Assembly: GCA_963701075.1 (NCBI GenBank)
Contig: OY969559.1
Span: forward strand, 1,824,001-1,888,000
Direction of reading: 5' to 3'
From: an uncultured Nitrososphaerota archaeon
GTDB lineage: Archaea; Thermoproteota; Nitrososphaeria; Nitrososphaerales; Nitrosopumilaceae
Length of the DNA stretch: 64,000 bases
Position numbers and translations under genes: made by a program. This document shows positions 30,664 through 39,466 of the stretch, in pieces (positions within the stretch are counted from its first letter, which is position 1; every line of letters begins with the position of its first letter). Below the pieces are notes generated by a model. The model was not told where the DNA came from. It ran no database searches and saw only the letters and a program-made list of their open reading frames with translations.

Positions 30664-31431
30664 AACTGCAGATCTCTCAACTATGAGATCCTCAAGCGGT
30701 GTATTTGACATTACACAGTCAAGTCCTTTCTTTGTTATGTTAAATTCCTTTTTTATAAAATTAGTATTGTCTGGAAATGGCAAAATTGATTCTGTCATGG
30801 GACTAATTTCAGCAAGAAGTTTTTTTATCAGAGATTTTTTGCCAATCATGATCAGAATAGAACCATTATTCTCCCGTAATCCTATTTTATTGATTGCCTC
30901 GCCAATCTGCCTTGTACATGCAAATCTCATAAGTATGTCAGTTTCAATTTTGTTAGAAAGCAGTGTGTTTGACTTGCTTGCTGCTAACGAGATTTCAATG
31001 ACTCTCTTTGCATGACTTGTATTTAGTACATATTGTAGCCTAATACCTTGAATGATTACACCGGGAAACCTGATTCGTAGATTTTCAAGGAGTTTTATAG
31101 GATCAGTACTAGTTTTCTTCAACCTAGCTAATTCCACATTATAATTTGAAATGCTAAAGTTGACGCTTATTTTACCACCACCATGCACCACAGGAATTAT
31201 GCTAACAATATCCCCATCCTTAAGAGACGTTTCTGCGCCCTGCAAAGCGGAGGAATCTACTCCATTTATAGCGACAAGAACATTTTTGTCATCAAACGCA
31301 GGCATGTTTTTTGAAACCAAATCCTGAAGAAAAACAAGTAGATCAGATACAGTCATGGAATTTTTTTCAATCGATATCTTATCAGAAGAAAAAGAACGCT
31401 TTGCGCCACCAAGAAGTTTGACTGTTATCAT
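30652..31431 (-). CDS. Ubiquitin-like (MoaD/ThiS/SAMP) domain fused to KEOPS subunit Cgi121
   Basis: N-terminal beta-grasp ending LKDGDIVSIIPVVHGG, then Cgi121 motif ETDILMRFACTRQIGEAI..IG. Confidence 0.82.
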   Translation of the reverse strand: MITVKLLGGAKRSFSSDKISIEKNSMTVSDLLVFLQDLVSKNMPAFDDKNVLVAINGVDSSALQGAETSLKDGDIVSIIPVVHGGGKISVNFSISNYNVELARLKKTSTDPIKLLENLRIRFPGVIIQGIRLQYVLNTSHAKRVIEISLAASKSNTLLSNKIETDILMRFACTRQIGEAINKIGLRENNGSILIMIGKKSLIKKLLAEISPMTESILPFPDNTNFIKKEFNITKKGLDCVMSNTPLEDLIVERSAVLLH

Positions 31432-31489
31432 GATTTAGAAAAGTAGTTGGCTCAATATGGAATTTTTGGTTATGAAATATTTGACAGGT

Positions 31490-31747
31490 TTAGCTAATCA
31501 GTTGTTCTTCCATCTCGTCTGAGTGGTGGACGGTTTCTGGCTGATCTGCTAGTGATTCTTTTTCCTTTTGCTCTTCAAGTTCCCTTTTCAAATGAGTCGT
31601 TATATAACCTGCAATCTCATTTTTTAGTCCTTTGGATCTTACTATTGCAACTTCGTTGAGTAGTATCTTATTTTTTTTAAAATCAGTGCCGAATTCTCCT
31701 TTATAAGTAGCCATTAGTTCCGTGGAAATTCGTCTGACTCTATTCAC
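31490..31747 (-). CDS. rps17e: 30S ribosomal protein S17e
   Basis: FGTDF..NK..L, SKGLKNEIAGYIT; GTG start at 31747. Confidence 0.92.
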   Translation of the reverse strand: MNRVRRISTELMATYKGEFGTDFKKNKILLNEVAIVRSKGLKNEIAGYITTHLKRELEEQKEKESLADQPETVHHSDEMEEQLIS

Positions 31748-31778
31748 GGTATCGATTGGCAGAAGGGGTATTTTATAC

Positions 31779-32534
31779 CTATATACCAAGATATGAGTTT
31801 GTATTTTTTTCTATGATTTCAAGCGTCTCATCGTATCTCTTACCTAGAATTTGCGATGCACAAAAAAGAACGCTGGGCATGAAAGTTATTTGTGCAGTCT
31901 TGTATCCAAAACATTTTGAGAACTTTACTGGTCCGTCTGTTTCCAGCAAGATCTTGCTAGGTTCCGTTTGAGAAAGAAGAATCTGTTTGTCTTGCGAGTA
32001 TACCATTGCAGGGCCATATGAAACATCACTGCCTATATCCATGGCTTTTTGTAGTTGCTTTTTGTTTCCTGCAAACCAATGTAACAGAACACCCTTGAGA
32101 TGATACGATGGTAAAATCGAGAATATCTCCTCTAATGTTCTTCTTGAATGAATCGATATGGGCTTTTCAAGTTTTTCTGCAAGGGACAGCATCTTCTCAA
32201 AAACACTAACCTGTCGGTTAAAACCAGCGTCATCAGAGACATATGTTTTGTCAAGACCGATCTCTCCTATGCCGGATATTTTATTTGAGTTCTCCATGAT
32301 CAATCTCACTACTGATTCCAGATCACCATTGGCCTTCTCTGGATGTATGCCAAGAAAAGGCAGAACTAGAGGGCTTTGTTCGCTCAGGTTCAGCGTTGCA
32401 ATTGAACTAGAGTAATCCATGGACACACAGCATGCCCTTAGTCCCATCTTATCCATGGCCGTAAGCATGAACTGCAATTCAGGTTTGAATTCGTCATCTG
32501 ACAGATGGATATGAGCATCAGTCAACCAGTTCAT
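31779..32534 (-). CDS. tatD: TatD family DNase
   Basis: DAHIHL, GIHP, IGEIGLD, IHSR, LLETDGP. Confidence 0.9.
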   Translation of the reverse strand: MNWLTDAHIHLSDDEFKPELQFMLTAMDKMGLRACCVSMDYSSSIATLNLSEQSPLVLPFLGIHPEKANGDLESVVRLIMENSNKISGIGEIGLDKTYVSDDAGFNRQVSVFEKMLSLAEKLEKPISIHSRRTLEEIFSILPSYHLKGVLLHWFAGNKKQLQKAMDIGSDVSYGPAMVYSQDKQILLSQTEPSKILLETDGPVKFSKCFGYKTAQITFMPSVLFCASQILGKRYDETLEIIEKNTNSYLGI

Positions 32535-32630
32535 AGTGTACTATAACCACAAAATAGTGTGTATAAATCGATTCCCAGATACTCTTTTTTCTACTCGAAG
32601 TCTTTTATCACAGGCATATGGAGTTAAAAT

Positions 32631-32852
32631 ATGACAACATCTGAATTTGGCCTTTCTGCGATATACAGGATCCTAAAAAAGGCAGGAGCCGACAGAGTAA
32701 GCGACGAGTCGGCAAATGAACTGAGAAGAATATTGGAAGAGGTTGGAACATCCATTGCCAAGAGTGCAGTTGAGATGTCTACACATGCAGGTAGAAAAAC
32801 AATCAAGGCAGAGGATGTTAGGCTAGCTGCAAAACAGTTTTCAAAATTCTGA
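32631..32852 (+). CDS. Archaeal histone
   Basis: RILKKAGADRVS, HAGRKTIKAEDV histone-fold motifs. Confidence 0.93.
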   Translation: MTTSEFGLSAIYRILKKAGADRVSDESANELRRILEEVGTSIAKSAVEMSTHAGRKTIKAEDVRLAAKQFSKF

Positions 32853-32893
32853 TCTAAAAGATTTAATTGTTCATAGGAAACCTTTTTGATTGC

Positions 32894-32965
32894 GGTGAGG
32901 TGGCAGAGCGGCTATGCGTTCGCCTGCAAAGCGAATCTATAGGGGTTCGAATCCCTTCCTCACCT
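32894..32965 (+). tRNA. tRNA-Cys(GCA)
   Basis: Acceptor GGTGAGG/CCTCACC, anticodon arm TTCGC-CTGCAAA-GCGAA, GGTTCGAATCC T-arm. Confidence 0.95.
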
Positions 32966-32969
32966 TTTA
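32924..32969 (+). repeat. att site (within tRNA-Cys)
   Basis: CTGCAAAGCGAATCTATAGGGGTTCGAATCCCTTCCTCACCTTTTA. Confidence 0.93.
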
Positions 32970-33174
32970 ATTTTTGATATAAAATAGCCTCAGCGTTACT
33001 GTTTTTCGTAACAACATTACGGAATTCTGTAATGCCACTTTTCTCTATCAATGGCAGTTCAAGCATGTAAAAATCCTTTAACTTGTTCCTGATCCGGTGC
33101 TCTAGAACTCGTCTGTAGGTTTTTGATGTTTCTAGCCTACCTGTTAGATAATCACGTTCAGTTTTACTTAGCAT
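32924..33174 (-). CDS. Integrase N-terminal fragment int(N)
   Basis: MLSKTERDYL... reads into the att-encoded KGEEGIRTPIDSLC, in the same frame as int(C). Confidence 0.8.
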
Positions 33175-33178
33175 GCAC

Positions 33179-33550
33179 TCACTCTAATGTCCTCACAAGA
33201 TTCTCAAGGAATTTTTCAATAGTGATTTCTTTACCATTCTTTCTATGTGGATAAATATCCCAAATATCACCCTCAACTAACAGTGCCGGTTGTTCTTTAC
33301 CAAAGAATATCCCACTTTGTCTATTAGTTCCAAAAGATCTCCTTACTTCATATTTATTGAAGACGGAAGGACCGATAACTTTCCCATAGGCGTCTAAACG
33401 TTCTGAATCATTCATTTTTGAAGTATCAAGTATTTTGTAATCTAGTTTCTTTGATTTTTTTAGTTTATCTAGCAATTGTATTATTTTATTCACGTCAGAA
33501 CGGACGTTTGTTTCTTTAGTGCTTATGTATAATGAAGCATTTATTGGCAT
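33179..33550 (-). CDS. Hypothetical protein, probably co-transcribed with int(N)
   Basis: 123-aa ORF ending 4 nt before the int(N) start; TATA-like CTTTATAT upstream. Confidence 0.7.
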   Translation of the reverse strand: MPINASLYISTKETNVRSDVNKIIQLLDKLKKSKKLDYKILDTSKMNDSERLDAYGKVIGPSVFNKYEVRRSFGTNRQSGIFFGKEQPALLVEGDIWDIYPHRKNGKEITIEKFLENLVRTLE

Positions 33551-33590
33551 TGCACTACCACACCCCTACCACACCAGCACATATAAAGAT

Positions 33591-34748
33591 TCATGCCAAT
33601 AACTCCCTTATTCCTATAAATGCCTCCTTTATCTTTGATGCAGAATTCGGTGTCATCGATTTATCCAAAATGAATTTGTTAGATAAAAACAAAATATCTC
33701 TATCAATGAATCCGTTTGCTTTATGCAAGTAAAAATGATCTTTCTTCATTTCAAACTTTTCTTCGTCACCAGAAACATAGATTTCAGTTATCACACAAAA
33801 TGCAATGTGTTGATATTTGTAAAGATATTCTTCCAATCTATTAATTGTGTTATCTATATTATCTCGTAGAAATGAAAAAGTATAATCTCTTATTATGATG
33901 ATATTTAGATGATCTTTTGGTAGTTGTTTTTGTTCTGTTCCCATTTTTGTAGCCATTCTATAAATTTCATCTACCTGATATGTTGGTCCAGAAAAACCCC
34001 CTGTCATATTCCTTCTAGATGCCCAATCTATCAAGAGATCTCTCTTAGAATCCGTTGCGATGACTAATTCTATCACATTTTCTTCTATTATTTCCTCAAA
34101 ACCGGATGACTTGCATCTTTCTAATGCATTGTCTATCTTTGAGAGTATATCCTTTAGATGAGGGTTGGACAGATATTTGTGTATTCGTCCCGTAAAAAGT
34201 AACGTAGGTTTACTATTTGAAGTCGTAAGAAACAATTTTTTAGATATTACATCAAAGGTTTCAGTAACCTCTCTTGCTTGTACACTTTGTCCTAACTCAG
34301 TGATTTCTACAAAAAATTCTTCTTTGGTTTCAGGATTTAAAACTTTAAGATCTGGCACTTTTCCAGTATCAATTTTCGGATAGAATTCAACATTTAATCC
34401 GGCTTTGAGAAACCTATTTGCTATGTCTAATTCAAAAAGTATCTCAAGAAATTTTTCTCTATTTTTCAATTTATCGACTAATTTTCTTGAATTATTACAA
34501 CGTGACACGTTTTCTATAGCATCATAGAATTCTACAAACCATCGTCGTGACGACGGATTATGGAACTGGTATATGTAGTTCCAAACTATCGGATGGCCCT
34601 CTTGTGCTAGGACTGGGAGTGAAATTCCAAAGAAACGTTTGAGATGACGTAGAGATGATTTTGCTTTTTCTTTTTCTGTTTGAGTCAATCCCTCCTCTGT
34701 ATCAATATGCGTTATCCAATAATCCCAATCTTGAATCTCAAATGACAT
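33591..34748 (-). CDS. PD-(D/E)xK nuclease-like protein
   Basis: LFELDIA..F...G..VEF....GKVPDLKV......FFVEITEL resembles a restriction-endonuclease-fold catalytic core. Confidence 0.6.
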   Translation of the reverse strand: MSFEIQDWDYWITHIDTEEGLTQTEKEKAKSSLRHLKRFFGISLPVLAQEGHPIVWNYIYQFHNPSSRRWFVEFYDAIENVSRCNNSRKLVDKLKNREKFLEILFELDIANRFLKAGLNVEFYPKIDTGKVPDLKVLNPETKEEFFVEITELGQSVQAREVTETFDVISKKLFLTTSNSKPTLLFTGRIHKYLSNPHLKDILSKIDNALERCKSSGFEEIIEENVIELVIATDSKRDLLIDWASRRNMTGGFSGPTYQVDEIYRMATKMGTEQKQLPKDHLNIIIIRDYTFSFLRDNIDNTINRLEEYLYKYQHIAFCVITEIYVSGDEEKFEMKKDHFYLHKANGFIDRDILFLSNKFILDKSMTPNSASKIKEAFIGIRELLA

Positions 34749-34766
34749 ACGATCACCTAAGCAAAC

Positions 34767-35598
34767 TCAGATTTTAGTTGCCTTTAAGAATTCAATTAAC
34801 TTGTATGAAGTTTCACAGTACACACGAAATAGCATTAAATTTGAAAACATCTCCATTCTTTCAATTTTTATGCCAGTTGGATGTCCTGTATCATTTCTCA
34901 ATCTTCGTATGAGATTAAGTATTGGACTCGTTTTTGAGTCAAAATCATCTACCATATCACGTGGGAGGTTAGACTTGATTGTAATTTTGATTGTATCAGT
35001 CACTAATTGAATTCGTCTATTAATTGTCTTATCTCTAGTCTTTGCAAATTCATCTTTTATTTTTTGAGACGTAATAGAATCCATCATTGAGTCGTACAAT
35101 ATATCAAAGATGGCCTCAGCAGATACTCCCAACATAACTGCTGATGCAAGAAAATTTCCTCGAAGGAATGTTTCTAAACTTTCGATAAGATAGATTTCTG
35201 CAGTTGTATCGAATTGAGGAGATTTTGACTTTATAAATTTAATATATCCGTCAGGATCATTAGGAATTCCTTCTGTATTTGTCAATACTTTTTTCCCGTA
35301 TGATGTTATTGACATAAATGGCGGATTTAGATTCAGCTCTATCCAGACCCCATCTTAGGACACCTTGTTGTAAAAGTGCATTTACCATATCTAATACATG
35401 CTCTACATTTTCTTCTGGAAGTGGTGAATGACCACCAAGATATGTTACTCCTGCGTCTTTCAGAATTCCTTTGGATAATGCAAGATTGTATACATCATGC
35501 ATGAGAGAACCCATTTGTACACTTCTAGTAGAATTAAGGTAATTCGTTTTTAATACTTCAAAAAGTAGTTGTTTTGTTGTTTCAAAATCCACAATCAT
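34767..35598 (-). CDS. HEPN-domain (DUF4145/AbiJ-like) protein (frameshift near 35335)
   Basis: Two ORFs join on removing one base (WGLDRA-NLNPPFMSITSYG); ESLETF..G.F.ASAVMLG...E helix and R-N-D-T-G-H (Rx4H). Confidence 0.65.
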
Positions 35599-35619
35599 TC
35601 CTACAATTTAATGTTAATA

Positions 35620-35693
35620 AATTGCATAATACTGATATTTCCGGCTATGAACTAGGTTAGCTAGAACTCGTTCGTGTTGCTACGTGGAGGATT
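35620..35693. repeat. 74-bp internal direct repeat, copy 1
   Basis: 65/74 identical to 37094-37167 by manual alignment; core TTCCGGCTATGAACTAGGTTAGCT is identical. Confidence 0.9.
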
Positions 35694-35715
35694 TCCTTAT
35701 AGTCATATATTTTAT

Positions 35716-37026
35716 CTAACTTAACTTACAAATCCCATTTGCAGACAATAATGTTTTTCTAATTGTCTTAGAATCAATTTTTCCTTCTCTCATCTTAATT
35801 ATTGCAGAAAACAACTCAGTAGTAGTAAGTAAACATATTGAGAGTGGTTCTGCTGCGTTTATGGTTTTTTCTGTAAACGGTGCACCTCTTTTGCTAGGAT
35901 ACATATCAAAAAAATGATTAGCAACTAGTATAGCCTTTCTTTCCTTCTTATCAGTGGTTTCGTCCACCAGATAGTGTAATAATTGACGGAATTTCTGTAT
36001 GTCTATACTTTCTTTTTGTCCTGTAACTTCTATAACTGCTTCTTCCTTTCCATAAATTGCAATCCAATCTTTATCTCCCTTTCTTTTCATAGTGAAACCA
36101 ATTTCTTCGAATGCGGATCTTACAGATTCCTCTAGCGGAGTACCATGTTCATAAAGTAATTCTTTGATGAACGATATTTTTTCCAATTTCTCTTTTAGAA
36201 TATCTTTTTCTGAAGTTAGTTTTTTTATCTTTTTTTCATTCTCGGCAATAGAAGAACTAATCTTTGCTTCATCAGGAACAGTAAAATCTTTGATCCATTT
36301 AGGTGATGGATTTTTTTCTCCCTTTTTTAATGACCTGATTGCATTATTTAGCAAGATCTCTGAAAATCTTTCATCATTAAGAGGAGGCAAGAATATCACA
36401 GTGCCTTTTCCTATGGATAGTTGAATTGAAATTGGTTTTTTTGCTTTGTTTACAGCCAGAATTTTGAGGTTTTCCTTCGGTATATTCTGTAGATCTTTGT
36501 ACAAATCAAAATATTCTTTGTCTAATCTAATATCATCAATTTTTTCAAAATATGCTTCCCAGTAGATTTCATTCATCTTAAGATACGGAGAAAATTCTGT
36601 TTGAGTAGTAACAATTGCTTTATTTCCACTTCCCTGTACCAGCATATTTTTAAAACTGAAAATATTATTTTGTTTAAAAGGTAACCAATCATAATTAGAC
36701 AGATAGGCAGTTGTATGTCCTTTTCTTGAATTGAAGTAGTCACAACTCATACCACAAACAGGACGAATAATACAAACTACTGTACCTCCGTTTTCTAACA
36801 AAATGGCTATCTCTCGTTTAAATCTCTCTACATCTTTTTCATAACTGAATAATTCATCCTCAGGAAATTTTTCATAATTCCAAGGCATATCACAACGAAC
36901 ATGCATTGTGCGATAAGTATCAACGATGACCAGATCATAATTGAATGCAGAATTATTTGATATCCCATTTTCTACATCTACATTTTCATTTTCAGTTTCT
37001 ATACCTAAGGATAGAATTTTGATCAA
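35716..37026 (-). CDS. Protein with coiled coil and C-terminal Mrr-like PD-(D/E)xK domain
   Basis: LEESVRSAFEEIGF.....GDKDWIA......VIEVTG....I....RQL..Y; unknown N-terminal domain. Confidence 0.6.
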   Translation of the reverse strand: MIKILSLGIETENENVDVENGISNNSAFNYDLVIVDTYRTMHVRCDMPWNYEKFPEDELFSYEKDVERFKREIAILLENGGTVVCIIRPVCGMSCDYFNSRKGHTTAYLSNYDWLPFKQNNIFSFKNMLVQGSGNKAIVTTQTEFSPYLKMNEIYWEAYFEKIDDIRLDKEYFDLYKDLQNIPKENLKILAVNKAKKPISIQLSIGKGTVIFLPPLNDERFSEILLNNAIRSLKKGEKNPSPKWIKDFTVPDEAKISSSIAENEKKIKKLTSEKDILKEKLEKISFIKELLYEHGTPLEESVRSAFEEIGFTMKRKGDKDWIAIYGKEEAVIEVTGQKESIDIQKFRQLLHYLVDETTDKKERKAILVANHFFDMYPSKRGAPFTEKTINAAEPLSICLLTTTELFSAIIKMREGKIDSKTIRKTLLSANGICKLS

Positions 37027-37093
37027 CAGATCATTTCAAAACAACTATCTAATGAGGATTCTGTAATTTGTTAAAAATTGAACGATGGATTCG

Positions 37094-37167
37094 AATTGCA
37101 TAATGCCAATAATTCCGGCTATGAACTAGGTTAGCTGAAACTCGTTTCTGTTGCTATGTGGAGGATT
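37094..37167. repeat. 74-bp internal direct repeat, copy 2 (overlaps the 3' end of the 120-aa ORF)
   Basis: 65/74 identical to 35620-35693. Confidence 0.9.
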
Positions 37168-37488
37168 CTCCGGAGCTTGTTTGCTAAAAAGTTCCCTTAC
37201 TGCATCTGCAAACCAAACATTGTCTTTACGTGCTTTACGTCTATCAGCCCTTTCAATGACACCTGAGTACAGTAGGATTTTGCTAGCTTCAATTCCTGCT
37301 CTAGCCCATCTGACTTTGCCATAATTATCTAATTTTTTTGAACGAATCTTTCTTTTTGATAGTCTTAGCATCTGTCTAAGGTATGAAACAGCTTCATCTT
37401 CTGGATTTGAGTAATGATCAAGCTTGAATAAGTCATCATCTTGATGTTTTACTAAAAACTTTGAATTATCTGCTGAGTTTTCATCCAT
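37126..37488 (-). CDS. Hypothetical protein
   Basis: 120-aa ORF within the element. Confidence 0.55.
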   Translation of the reverse strand: MDENSADNSKFLVKHQDDDLFKLDHYSNPEDEAVSYLRQMLRLSKRKIRSKKLDNYGKVRWARAGIEASKILLYSGVIERADRRKARKDNVWFADAVRELFSKQAPENPPHSNRNEFQLT

Positions 37489-37494
37489 TTTTTA

Positions 37495-37782
37495 TCACCC
37501 ACTACGGAAAATGGCTTCTTTCATTTCCTTCGTTCTTTTATTCAGTATTGCACCAAATTCAGCTAATTCATCATCAAAGTTTTTTCCTCTCATATTAACA
37601 AGATAGTTCCTAAAGTCAGTGTAGATATGACCCCATGCAAATCCTAAAGCATAGTCTCCTTCTTCCTTGATTTGTAATTCTTTTTTGATTTCTCGGATTT
37701 CTTTTATCCATGATGGAATGGACTCGACCGTACGGTCAATGAGTTTTTCAAGAGTTCCACGTTCAACAGAGTCTAGAGCCAT
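37495..37782 (-). CDS. Hypothetical helical protein
   Basis: MALDSVERGTLEKLID...EAIFRSG; start uncertain. Confidence 0.6.
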   Translation of the reverse strand: MALDSVERGTLEKLIDRTVESIPSWIKEIREIKKELQIKEEGDYALGFAWGHIYTDFRNYLVNMRGKNFDDELAEFGAILNKRTKEMKEAIFRSG

Positions 37783-38184
37783 ACTTGTTTCTCGATAATG
37801 ATCACAGTTCCCCATTCTCAATGTTTCGATTTGCATATTATTTCAAATCCATCTAACAGCCTACTCACATACGTATTTCTGCAATACAAAAAATTAATTT
37901 TCACAGGGTTTTGTTTCCTAATTTCTTATAATTTGGTTCCCTCGTAGACACTCATAACATGAATTATTTTCTTTAAATATTCATATCAGTTAAACGGCGT
38001 TTAACCAATATGAGCACAGAATGTTAAAATTACCAACGTTTTGTATTAATCTCATTCTTTTTCTGTTTTTACCCTTTTTCTCTTTTTGTTACATGTTATT
38101 TTATTATCTTGATGATAATACTGGATACATCTTGATCTAATGGGTTGCCTAACTCTTTCTATAAAATCGAGGGGTGTTATCATA

Positions 38185-38765
38185 TCATGATTGAGAAAAG
38201 TTGTCATAATCTGTAATTTTCTTATTGTTTTTAGAAGTTTTGTCTTCAGGTTCTACCTGCATTTCTGTTAAATCTATTGGATGTAACCTGTGTTCACCTC
38301 TTATTTGTGGACGGTTTTTCTTTATTTTCGGTATTTGTTCTGGCTTTAGAATTCGTTTTTCTCCATCAGGCATAACTACTCGTATTTTCATGCTTTCATG
38401 GTCAGCACAATCCAATATCTTTTGATTCAATGTGATTCTTGTCAGTTTACGTTTACTCGTTTTTGAATGAGAGGGATACGGCCCTTTTATGGAATGAAAA
38501 ATGAGAGTTTTATCGTTCAAGTCAACATCAAGTTTCTCTCCATCTAACATTATTGTGTTATCGTCGTTTATCACGTATTCATTAGGATGTTGTTGTTCGT
38601 ATTCGTTTATGACTATAGCTGTAATTCTAAAATTCTGTGGCTTTGATGAATATTCAATAAACCATTTTTTTGCTTCTTTTACAGTTACAAAACACATAGA
38701 CCATATCCTTCGAATTGATATTTGATAAACATTATTTTCATAAATGCTGTACAATCTACGGGACA
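38185..38765 (-). CDS. Hypothetical protein
   Basis: Open frame; start placed at MSRRLYSIY, downstream of the preceding gene's stop. Confidence 0.55.
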
Positions 38766-38803
38766 TAACTTGAGTTTTTGGCCTTGTCAAAGTTGGGACA
38801 TGA

Positions 38804-39412
38804 TTAGTATGGTCTGTAAATCTGTTGGATTTGGAATAACAATGATTTCCAAAACATAGCGTTTGGATCTCCACCTGAAATGACTACTATGGTAGAGTTA
38901 GATATCCAATTCTGACGATCTAATACTTTAGAAATATCATCATTAGAAATCCCCCTCAACTGATCAGCCAAACAATGCAATGCTGCTAATGCAGCAAAAG
39001 TATCCATAACTGTAGTATATGTTATTTTAAACTGTTTTTCCTTTAACTCATGTTTCAATTCATTATAGGCTTCCCACCATTCCAAGTCTCTTGTAAACGG
39101 TGTAAATTGTAATTTATGGAGAATTGAAACTATCTTAAAATTTGACAGCACTGTTTTCTCATTTATTTTTCTAATTAATGCCGGAATCCCACCATCGATA
39201 ATGATATTGCATCTACTAGAGATTAGTCTTGTTACTGCCTCTATCTGTGCCCCACAAACCAACATCATGTTTAGTAATCTTGGTGAGTAAATTTCTCCTG
39301 TTCTTTGACGTTCATAAGGCACAACCTCATCAAAGTTTAACATTTGTTTTTCAAGATCATTGTGTAATTTTCCTAAATTCTCTAAATCTGCTTGGAACCA
39401 TTCATCAACCAA
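38804..39412 (-). CDS. Divergent HEPN-like protein
   Basis: IYSPRL..MM...GAQIE helix and WWEAYNELKH motif. Confidence 0.5.
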   Translation of the reverse strand: MVDEWFQADLENLGKLHNDLEKQMLNFDEVVPYERQRTGEIYSPRLLNMMLVCGAQIEAVTRLISSRCNIIIDGGIPALIRKINEKTVLSNFKIVSILHKLQFTPFTRDLEWWEAYNELKHELKEKQFKITYTTVMDTFAALAALHCLADQLRGISNDDISKVLDRQNWISNSTIVVISGGDPNAMFWKSLLFQIQQIYRPY

Positions 39413-39466
39413 TTTGGTTATTTCTTGCTGAATTTTGTATTAAGGGTATCCAATTGTTATCAACTT

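Noticed and set aside
35620-37167. CRISPR array or integron attC
   Set aside because: Only two 74-bp copies 1.47 kb apart, with no spacer periodicity and no attC-like palindrome
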